A DNA stretch of 48,315 bases from an uncultured Gemmatimonadota bacterium (GTDB lineage: Bacteria > GCA-2686955): NCBI GenBank assembly GCA_964490075.1, contig CAZBBK010000042.1, positions 1-48,315 of the forward strand, in the 5' to 3' direction. Shown here in pieces: positions 38,848 to 46,593 of the stretch; position 1 is the first letter of the stretch; each line of letters begins with the position of its first letter. The notes under the pieces are model-generated. The model did no database searches. It worked only from the letters and a program-made list of their open reading frames with translations, and was not told the DNA's origin. Made by a program: the position numbers and the translations under genes.

Positions 38848-39809
38848 ATCCCCGCCCTTTCTTCGTCCCCGGCCTCGACCCGGCGCCAGTATTCCAGGAG
38901 ATCGACGAGGGTTTGGTCGAGAGGGATCCGTGGCTGCCATCCGGTGGCGGCGGCCAACGCGCTCGCGTCACCGACCACCAGGGGCATGTCGACCGGCCGC
39001 AGGCGCGCCGGATCGCGCTCCACCCTGATCTGGGTGGCCGAAAGCTCCAGCAGACGTTCCAGGATCGACTGGATCGAGACCGGCCGCTGCGACGCCACGT
39101 TGTAGGTCGCGCCGGGCTGCCCGCGCTCGGACACCAGCCGGTAGGCCTGGACCACGTCGCGCACGTCGGTGAAATCGCGCTGCGCGGAGAGATTGCCGAC
39201 CCGGATCACGGCCTCGCGCCGCCCCGCCTCGATGGCAGCGATCTGCGCGGCGAAGTCGGAGCAGACGAAGCTCGGCGCCTGCCCCGGGCCGGTGTGATTG
39301 AAGGCCCGCAGAACCACCCACGGAGGCGCGCCCTCGATCCCCTCGCAGCCCTTCAGCGCCAGCTCGGCGGCCAGCTTGGAAGCGGCGTAGGGAGTGCGGG
39401 GATCGACCGGCCGGCGCTCGGAGACCGGCGTCTGGTCGGGCTCGACCAGCCCGTAGACCTCGCCGGTCGAAACGAAGACCAGGCGCGGCGGTTGCGCCAA
39501 GCGGGCCGCGGCGGCGAGCAGGTGGACCGTGCCCAGCGTGTTCACCTCGAAGGTCTTGCTCGGGTTGCGCAGAGACTCCGGCACGAAGGAGATCGCCGCC
39601 AGGTGGTAGATCACCCGCGGCTCCAGCTCGGTGACCACCTCGACCACCGCGGCGGCGTCGGTGATGTCGAGCGGGATCTGGGTGCCGTCGCCGAGCTCCT
39701 CGCTCAGACAGGTCCCCACCACATCGTCGCCGCACTGCCGCAGGTGGCGGCAGAGATGCCCCCCCACGAAGCCCTCGGCGCCGACCACCAGCGAGCGCGC
39801 TCCGGTCAC
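38844..39809 (-). CDS. GDP-sugar SDR, Rmd-like (GDP-4-keto-6-deoxy-D-mannose reductase / Gmd family)
   Basis: GAEGFVG, STGEVYG, YAASK, FNHTGPGQ, GNLSAQRDFTDVRD, RLRPVD. Confidence 0.85.
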   Translation of the reverse strand: MTGARSLVVGAEGFVGGHLCRHLRQCGDDVVGTCLSEELGDGTQIPLDITDAAAVVEVVTELEPRVIYHLAAISFVPESLRNPSKTFEVNTLGTVHLLAAAARLAQPPRLVFVSTGEVYGLVEPDQTPVSERRPVDPRTPYAASKLAAELALKGCEGIEGAPPWVVLRAFNHTGPGQAPSFVCSDFAAQIAAIEAGRREAVIRVGNLSAQRDFTDVRDVVQAYRLVSERGQPGATYNVASQRPVSIQSILERLLELSATQIRVERDPARLRPVDMPLVVGDASALAAATGWQPRIPLDQTLVDLLEYWRRVEAGDEERAGI

Positions 39810-40774
39810 GGAGCGTCCACCTTGCGCCAGTACTCGAGGATGTCCCGGAGGGTGGTGTCGAAGTCGATCCGCGGGCGCCAGCCGGTGCGCTCCTGGAAGA
39901 GTGTCGAATCGCCGAGCAGGAGCGGCACGTCGGAAGGTCTCAGACGTTTGGGATCGGTGCGCACCTCGATGTCGGCGGTGCTCATGGCGAGCAGCTTGTC
40001 GAGCACCTCGCGAATGGAGAAGCCGGCGCCGGTGCAGATGTTGTAGACCGATCCGGGCTCGCAGCTCTCGAGCGCCATCCAGTAGCCGCGTACCATGTCG
40101 CGCACGTCGGTGAAGTCGCGCACGGCGTCCAGATTGCCGACATACATCACCGGCTCCCGCTTGCCCTGCTCGATGTCGGCGACCTGCATCGCGAAGTCGG
40201 AGCAGACGAATACCGGCCCGCGCCTGGGGCCGGTGTGGTTGAAGCCGCGGGTGCGCACCACGTCGAGGCCGTAGCTCTCGTGGTACTGGTAGCCCATCAG
40301 ATCCTGGCTGACCTTGCTCACCGCATAGGGGGAGAGGGGGCGCAAGGGATTGGACTCCTTGATCGGTGTCTCCTCGGGATGAACCAGTCCGTACTCTTCG
40401 GAGGAGCAGGCGATCTGGATGCGCGGCTCGATGCCGACACGGCGGATCGCCTCGAGCAGGTTGAGCTGGCCGATCACGTTGGTGTCGAGCGACTCGGTGG
40501 GTGCGGTGAAGCTGGTCGGCACGAAGCTCTGCGCGGCCAGGTGAAACACCCAATCGGGTCGCACCTGGTCGATCAAATCGCGGGTGCTGGAGGCGTCGCG
40601 CAGGTCGCATTCAGGCAGATCGATGCGATCGATGAAGTGGCCGATGTTCTCGGTCCTGGAACGCCAGCGACGAATCCCCGAGATCTGGACGTCGGGATGC
40701 TCGGCGAGGATGTAGTCCACCAGGTGGCTGCCGGCAAAGCCGGTCACGCCCGTGATCAAGACTCTTTTGCTCAT
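39806..40774 (-). CDS. GDP-sugar SDR (GDP-mannose 4,6-dehydratase / Rmd family)
   Basis: TGVTGFAG, HLAAQSFV, CSSEEYG, YAVSK, FNHTGPRRG, GNLDAVRDFTDVRD. Confidence 0.88.
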   Translation of the reverse strand: MSKRVLITGVTGFAGSHLVDYILAEHPDVQISGIRRWRSRTENIGHFIDRIDLPECDLRDASSTRDLIDQVRPDWVFHLAAQSFVPTSFTAPTESLDTNVIGQLNLLEAIRRVGIEPRIQIACSSEEYGLVHPEETPIKESNPLRPLSPYAVSKVSQDLMGYQYHESYGLDVVRTRGFNHTGPRRGPVFVCSDFAMQVADIEQGKREPVMYVGNLDAVRDFTDVRDMVRGYWMALESCEPGSVYNICTGAGFSIREVLDKLLAMSTADIEVRTDPKRLRPSDVPLLLGDSTLFQERTGWRPRIDFDTTLRDILEYWRKVDAP

Positions 40775-40813
40775 TTCAAATGCCCATTGGTTTGGGGAGG
40801 AGGAGGGACGGAC

Positions 40814-41743
40814 CTACGCGCGGAAGAACGCCACCGTCTCTTCGAGACCCCGGCGCAGGTCGACCAGCGGCCGGTAGCCCAGGATCTCTTTCGCGCGTTC
40901 GATGTCGGCCAACGAGAAACGAACGTCTCCCTGGCGGGGGGGGTCGTGCTCGGCCTTGCCCTCCGCGCCCAAAATGTCTCTGATGATGGCGTCGAGATCG
41001 AGCAGCGAGAACATCTCACCGCAGGCGACGTTGATAGCGCGCCCCGCGGCGCCGGCCGCGGTGCAGGCCAGCAGATTGGCTTCGACGACGTTGTCGATGA
41101 AGGTGAAATCCCGGGCCTGGTGCCCGTCTCCATGAATGGTGGGAACGCGCCCTTCGAGGTAGGCGGTGATGAAAAGGGGGATGACGGCGGAGTACTCCGA
41201 ACCGGGATCCTGGTAGGGGCCGAAAACGTTGAAGTAACGCAACGTGACGGTCTCGAGCCCGTAGATCGAGTGGAACACGCGGCAGTAGTGCTCGCCACAG
41301 ATTTTGCCGATGGCGTAGCCCGAGATCGGATTCGGAGTCATCGCCTCATGCTTGGGCAAGGTCTCGCTGTCGCCATAAACCGACGACGATCCGGCGAAGA
41401 CCACGCGCCGAACACCGGCGTCGCGGGCGGCGATCAGCAGGTTCAAGGTGCCGGTCTCGTTGACGTCGTGGGAGGTGCGCGGGTCTTCGATCGAGCGCTG
41501 CACCGAGGGCACTGCCGCCTGGTGCAAAACGTAGTCGGCGCCGCTCACGGCCTGCGCAAGGGCGGCGGAGTCGCGCAGATCCCCCTCGATGAGCTCGAGG
41601 CGATCCTCGATGCCTTCGAGGTTGGAGCGGCGGCCGGTCGACAGGTTGTCGAAGATGCGGACTTCGTGGCCATCGGCCACCAACCTCCGGGAGAGATTGG
41701 ACCCGATGAAACCAGCGCCGCCGGTGACCAGATAACGTGGCAT
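40814..41743 (-). CDS. UDP-GlcNAc/glucose 4-epimerase-like SDR (WbpP-like)
   Basis: TGGAGFIG, HQAAVPSVQRS, GSSSVYG, YAIGK, LRYFNVFGP, YSAVIP. Confidence 0.9.
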   Translation of the reverse strand: MPRYLVTGGAGFIGSNLSRRLVADGHEVRIFDNLSTGRRSNLEGIEDRLELIEGDLRDSAALAQAVSGADYVLHQAAVPSVQRSIEDPRTSHDVNETGTLNLLIAARDAGVRRVVFAGSSSVYGDSETLPKHEAMTPNPISGYAIGKICGEHYCRVFHSIYGLETVTLRYFNVFGPYQDPGSEYSAVIPLFITAYLEGRVPTIHGDGHQARDFTFIDNVVEANLLACTAAGAAGRAINVACGEMFSLLDLDAIIRDILGAEGKAEHDPPRQGDVRFSLADIERAKEILGYRPLVDLRRGLEETVAFFRA

Positions 41744-41841
41744 GGGTGGGGTTCCGAGCGAGTTGCAGCCGACCTCGCCCCGCGCACCCGTCGGACGGCT
41801 ACGGAGGCGGAGTGTCCAGATCGGTATCGAAGCGCTGAAGC

Positions 41842-44214
41842 CTAGCGGGCGTCGGCGGTGGGCTCAAGGATCCCTTGTACCACTTGTCCGTCCCGCGGAA
41901 GGGGAGTGACCAGATCCTCCACCGCTTCGACCTCGGCATCGCTCAATTCCCCCACACGCTGCTGCCAGAGGGCCGCCGCCACCGCCAGGAAGCCCGCCAG
42001 CAGGGCGACACCGCTCGCGACGCGCCATTTCGAGCCACTCGCCGAGGGGGCCGGCGTCTCCTGCTCGTCGTGGCAATGGTAGTTGTAGTGGTAGTGATAG
42101 CCCCCGTAACGGCCGTAGCCGTAACCGCCGCCCGTGATGTCGATGTTGTTCAGCACCACTCCCAGGAAGCGGTTGGCCGCCTTCTCGACCAGGGTCTTGG
42201 TGCGCCGCGCGATCTGCTCGAGGGTCTCTCCCGACTCGATGATGATGACGACGCCGTCGAGAACCGCCGAGAGCACCAGAGCGTCGGTGACGGCGAGAAC
42301 CGGTGGCGTGTCGACGACCACCTGGTCGAACTCCGTCATCGCCCGCTCCAGGAAGCGGGCCATGGCTTCCGAGCCGAGCAGCTCGGAGGGATTGGGCGGC
42401 AGAGAGCCGCTGGTCACGATCGAGAGGTTTTCGACCTCGGTCGCCCGCACCACCTCTTCGAAGGCGGCATTGCCGGCCAATTCGTCGGTCAGACCCTGCT
42501 GGCGCTCCAGCGAGAAGATCTTGTGCAGCACCGGGCGCCTCAGATCGGCGTCCAGCAAGAGGGTGCGTTTGCCGCTCTGGGCCAGGGTGATGGCCAGGTT
42601 GGACGCGGTGGTCGACTTGCCCTCCTGGGGTCCGGAGGAGGTGACGGCAACCGAGCGCAAGGGGGCGCCGACGGCCGCGAAGCCGATGTTGGTGCGGATG
42701 GTCCGATAGGCCTCCGCGACCGGCGAACGCGGCGCGTGGTGGGTGACCAGCCGGGATGAGAGGTTGGTCGAATCGGACGACTCGTCGAGCGAGGTGACGG
42801 CCCCGAGAACGACCGTCCCCAGCTTCTCCTCGACCTCTTCGATGGTCCGGAGCGAGGTATCGAGATACTCGAGGAAGAAGCCGAGCGCGAGCGCCAGCGC
42901 GAATCCCACGAAGAGGCCCAGCATGGCGTTCATGCGCTTGTTGGGGCGCACCGGATCGATCATCGGCACCGCCGCGTCGATGATCCGCACGTTGCCGATC
43001 TCGCCGGCTTCGGAGATCCGAACTTCCTCGTACTTCTCCTTCATCATCAGGTAGGTGTTTTCGTTGACGGTGTACTCGCGGGTCTTGCGCGCCAGCTCCA
43101 GCTCCTTGTCGGGCAGGCCGTGGAGCTTGGCCGCGTAGTCGGAGACGAAGCGATTCAACTGCACGGCACGCGAGCGGGCGGTCTCGAGCTCGGTGCGCAG
43201 CTCCAACACTTTTTCGACCAGGCCCTGGCTGTAGATCAGCGGGTCTCCGGGCAGCAGATCGCGATCGACGATCTTCTGGGTCTCGGCGCTCAGGGTGGCC
43301 TTGGCCTCGGTGATCTTCTGCTCCAGATCGAGGATCTGCGGCGCGTCCTTCGATGCGCCACGAACCAGGAGCGATGTGCGTTCGGTCTGCAGCGCGACGA
43401 GCTGTTCGCGCATCTGGATCACCAGCGGGCTCGAAGCGGCGATGTGCAGATTCTCCACCAAGCCGCTGCGCGATGTTTCGAGCTCCTCTTCGAGGTGCTG
43501 GAGGCGGCGCTCGAGCGCCTTCTGCTCGGTAATCGCGGTGTTCTCGGCGCTCTCGAACTCGGAGAGCTGGCGCACCAGCCACTCGACTTCGTCGGAGAGC
43601 GAAACCAGTCCCGATTCGGTCTTGAAGGCGCGCAGCTCCTCTTCAGAGGTGCCCAGGCGCGATTCCACCTGTTGCAGCTGATCTTCGAGGAATTTGCGCA
43701 CGCCGGAGAGCTCGCCACGGTTTTGGCTGATGTTCTGGTTGCGATACTCCTCGGCGAAAAGGTCGGCGAAATATGCCGCTTCTTCGGGATCTCCCGCCGA
43801 CACCTTGATGGTGATGACGTCGGCGTCCTTGAGAGGACTGACCGCCAGGCGGCCGCGCAACGCGACCACCCAATCGGTCGCCGGATCGGACTCGGGGGGC
43901 GGCCGCCACCCTTCGCGATGCGCGCGGTCGAGCACCCGCTGCGCCAGGGTGCGGCTGCGCAGCAGCTCGCACTCGTTGTTGATCAGGATCTTCTGCTTCA
44001 TGAACCCGGTGGGATCGAAGAGCGAGAGCGCCCCGGCATCTTGCGGCTCGATCAGGAGCGTGGTCTGCGCTTCGAAGACCGGCTCCATGCGCAGCGTGAA
44101 GAAGATCGTGAATGCCAGCACCATGGCGGTGACGAAGGCGACCATCCAGCGGCGTGACCAGATGATGCGAACGTAGTCCGCCAGTGTGACATTGTGAACT
44201 TCGCGACCATCCAT
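41842..44214 (-). CDS. wzc: Polysaccharide co-polymerase / BY-kinase
   Basis: Two TMs around a coiled-coil domain; AEAYRTIRTN, Walker A GPQEGKST, DADLR, DTPP, Tyr cluster GYGYGRYGGYHYHYNY. Confidence 0.93.
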   Translation of the reverse strand: MDGREVHNVTLADYVRIIWSRRWMVAFVTAMVLAFTIFFTLRMEPVFEAQTTLLIEPQDAGALSLFDPTGFMKQKILINNECELLRSRTLAQRVLDRAHREGWRPPPESDPATDWVVALRGRLAVSPLKDADVITIKVSAGDPEEAAYFADLFAEEYRNQNISQNRGELSGVRKFLEDQLQQVESRLGTSEEELRAFKTESGLVSLSDEVEWLVRQLSEFESAENTAITEQKALERRLQHLEEELETSRSGLVENLHIAASSPLVIQMREQLVALQTERTSLLVRGASKDAPQILDLEQKITEAKATLSAETQKIVDRDLLPGDPLIYSQGLVEKVLELRTELETARSRAVQLNRFVSDYAAKLHGLPDKELELARKTREYTVNENTYLMMKEKYEEVRISEAGEIGNVRIIDAAVPMIDPVRPNKRMNAMLGLFVGFALALALGFFLEYLDTSLRTIEEVEEKLGTVVLGAVTSLDESSDSTNLSSRLVTHHAPRSPVAEAYRTIRTNIGFAAVGAPLRSVAVTSSGPQEGKSTTASNLAITLAQSGKRTLLLDADLRRPVLHKIFSLERQQGLTDELAGNAAFEEVVRATEVENLSIVTSGSLPPNPSELLGSEAMARFLERAMTEFDQVVVDTPPVLAVTDALVLSAVLDGVVIIIESGETLEQIARRTKTLVEKAANRFLGVVLNNIDITGGGYGYGRYGGYHYHYNYHCHDEQETPAPSASGSKWRVASGVALLAGFLAVAAALWQQRVGELSDAEVEAVEDLVTPLPRDGQVVQGILEPTADAR

Positions 44215-44224
44215 GGAGCGCGTC

Positions 44225-44716
44225 CTAGTCGTTGAAGAAGACGAGGTTTGCCGAGGTAGCAACAACTGCGACCTGGGTCATGAATCCAAAGAAGCGGGCA
44301 ACGGCGTACCAGACACTGCCCGGCACCACCACGGTGTCTCCCGGCTGGAGCAGGATCGTGGCGCGCGGATTGCCATCGGAGATGTAGCCCTTGACGTCGA
44401 TCTCATCGACCCGGTTGTCGTGGTCGGCGCTGCGAATCAGCTTCACCGACGACACTCTGGCGTTCTTGGTGGGACCACCGGCATAGGAGAGAAGCGTGAC
44501 CAGGTCGGTGTTGTCGGGGACCAGGTAGAGCCCCGGCTTGTGCACCTCGCCCCACACGTGCACCGTGATCTGCAGCCGAGACTCGTAGCCCGGACTGATG
44601 TAGTAGGCGGGGCTGGCGCCTTGCACCGCGACCGGGCTCTCGCCGAATGCAGTCGATGTCGCGAGGGCGAGGGCCAACAGGACCGGGAGCTTGGTTGTGC
44701 GCGTCCGGCGTCTCAT
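44225..44716 (-). CDS. SLBB-domain polysaccharide export protein (short Wza-like)
   Basis: VHVWGEVHKPGLY, LLSYAGG, LQPGDTVVVP, hydrophobic C-terminal helix; signal peptide. Confidence 0.82.
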   Translation of the reverse strand: MRRRTRTTKLPVLLALALATSTAFGESPVAVQGASPAYYISPGYESRLQITVHVWGEVHKPGLYLVPDNTDLVTLLSYAGGPTKNARVSSVKLIRSADHDNRVDEIDVKGYISDGNPRATILLQPGDTVVVPGSVWYAVARFFGFMTQVAVVATSANLVFFND

Positions 44717-44824
44717 CGCTTCTCCAGGATGATGGTCGCGGGGGCGGGAAAGGGTCCCCGCCGTCTGGGAGGGTCGGCTCTTGTGCCAATCGACCCGTTG
44801 ACCGGCGCCTTGAGCGGCCGCGCA

Positions 44825-45550
44825 TCAGGGAGCGACCTCGAACTCGACCCAGAGCGACTCCGAGCCGCGGTAGGGATCGGAGGGATCGACCGCATCGACC
44901 CTCCAGCGATAGCCGCCGGCGGCGAGCGTGGGAGGATCGAGCTCGGCTCCATAGGCGATCTCGATCGTCTCGGAACCCGCGAAGAACTCCATCAGGGGCG
45001 AGATCCAGCCCTCGCCACCCTCGCGCGATTCGACGCGCACCACAAAGCGCGGCAGGGCGCCTTGCTCCGGCCAGCTCCAGCGAAAGAGCGGCGCCGCGCC
45101 GGCCACCGATCGGGGCGCCGGCGAGAGCGGCTCTGCCTTGCGGATCAGCGTGACCGCGACGGTGTCGGAAGCGACCTTGGTGCGCTGGGCCGCGTCGCGC
45201 ACCTCGAGGGAGTAGCGCCAGGTGCCGAGCTCGGGCACGAAATCGATGGTCGTGGAGTCGGCCGGATCGAAGCTGCCGATCGGAGCGAAGACCCCGTCCT
45301 CGCCGGCTCGGGAGAGGGTCACCTCGGTGACCGCTCCGGAGGGCGGCCGTTCCCACTCCAACCTGATGCCGAGCTCGGCGCTGGCCTCGGCATCGACGCC
45401 GCGCTCCTCGTGTTCGGTCGGCGCGGAGGGGGCGATGAAGCTCAGGTCGGGAAGGGGTTCCTGGCCGGGGCCGCTGGGAGGCTCGACGCAGCCGATCAGG
45501 GCGACCAGCCCGATCGCGGGAAGGGGGCTCGGATTGCGCAAGCTGCTCAT
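44825..45550 (-). CDS. Lipoprotein with FN3/Ig-like domains
   Basis: Lipobox LIG-C; IRLEW, WRYSLEV, FRWSW, YRWRVDA beta-sandwich motifs; ATGA overlap. Confidence 0.75.
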   Translation of the reverse strand: MSSLRNPSPLPAIGLVALIGCVEPPSGPGQEPLPDLSFIAPSAPTEHEERGVDAEASAELGIRLEWERPPSGAVTEVTLSRAGEDGVFAPIGSFDPADSTTIDFVPELGTWRYSLEVRDAAQRTKVASDTVAVTLIRKAEPLSPAPRSVAGAAPLFRWSWPEQGALPRFVVRVESREGGEGWISPLMEFFAGSETIEIAYGAELDPPTLAAGGYRWRVDAVDPSDPYRGSESLWVEFEVAP

Positions 45551-46593
45551 GGTCCACCCCATGGGTAGAGTTTGAGATCGATGCGGTGGTTCTCGAGGGC
45601 TTCGGCGGAGAGGAAGGCGTAGTCCAGGGCCAGTCTCCAGAAGCGGAAGCCGGCGCCTGCGGTGAGCTCGCCGCGGTGTTCGCCCACCCGCAGCGCAAGC
45701 AGTTCGCGGAATTCCCATTGCGCGCCCAGGCCGTGGTCGGCGCGCCCCCCGTCCTGCAGATCCCAGACCCGCGCCCAGCTCAGCAGCAGCTCGCTGGACA
45801 GGGAGGGGAGGGCCTGCGCGTAGCCGACATCGAGACGGCTGCGCATCGGCATCGAGGCGTGGGCGCGGCTCGCGGTGTCCCAGGTGATCTTGGTGCCGCC
45901 GACATCGCGGAGCGCAGCACTCAGCACGATCTCGCCGAGGCGACTCCAGCCGACCATGTCCGCGGCCCCGATGGTGAATCCGGCTCCCAGATCGGCGCCC
46001 AACCCGACGGCGATGTTCTGGTCCAGCGACTGGCTGATGTACTTCAAGGACGCCCCCACGCTCATCGAGAATGGGAAGGGACTGTAGAGCCAGCCGAAGT
46101 CGACGATGCGATCACTGCGGCGGGCGATCGACAGGCGGAAGCCCAGGTCCTGGGCCCCGAAGTAGCCGTCGGGCTCCGCGGAAGGCCGGGCCGAGACATT
46201 GTTCTCTCGCTCGGCCCGATCCTCGGGGTCGAGCACCAGTTGGTAGCGCGGGATGTCGTCGACCGCGAAACGCAAGACCGACGCGGAGAGTGCGGTGCTG
46301 GGGCCGAGCGGGCGCGCATAGCCGACGAAGTCCAGACTCGCGAGTCCGGCTCCGTAGAAAGCGTGGTGCAAGAGGATCTCGTCGCCGGCGATTGTCGCCA
46401 GTCGCGACACATTCCACCAGTCGGCTCCCACGCCGCCGGCGAACGCCGCGGCGCCGCCGCTGGCGAGCTCCCGGGTTCCGACCCCGAGATCCATGAAGTC
46501 CGCCGCGTAGCGAGGCTCTTCCGCGGCCGCGGAAGAGACGGCGAGCCAGGCGCAGAGCAGCGCGGCGGCGGATGCGGTGCTCGGGCCGATCAT
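45547..46593 (-). CDS. PorV/PorQ (UPF0164)-like outer-membrane beta-barrel
   Basis: Signal peptide; FMDLGVGTRELASGGA..WWN N-terminal motif; GASLKYI, GADLG, ALRVG, AGAGF, LDYAF, HRIDL. Confidence 0.78.
   Translation of the reverse strand: MIGPSTASAAALLCAWLAVSSAAAEEPRYAADFMDLGVGTRELASGGAAAFAGGVGADWWNVSRLATIAGDEILLHHAFYGAGLASLDFVGYARPLGPSTALSASVLRFAVDDIPRYQLVLDPEDRAERENNVSARPSAEPDGYFGAQDLGFRLSIARRSDRIVDFGWLYSPFPFSMSVGASLKYISQSLDQNIAVGLGADLGAGFTIGAADMVGWSRLGEIVLSAALRDVGGTKITWDTASRAHASMPMRSRLDVGYAQALPSLSSELLLSWARVWDLQDGGRADHGLGAQWEFRELLALRVGEHRGELTAGAGFRFWRLALDYAFLSAEALENHRIDLKLYPWGGP

Noticed and set aside
39150-40120. Short direct repeat GTCGCGCACGTCGGTGAA occurring twice
   Set aside because: Explained by the conserved FTDVRD motif in the two paralogous SDR genes
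44775-44800. TGGCAC on the minus strand upstream of the SLBB gene as a sigma54 site
   Set aside because: No GC at the -12 position; no ops/JUMPstart element recognised here either
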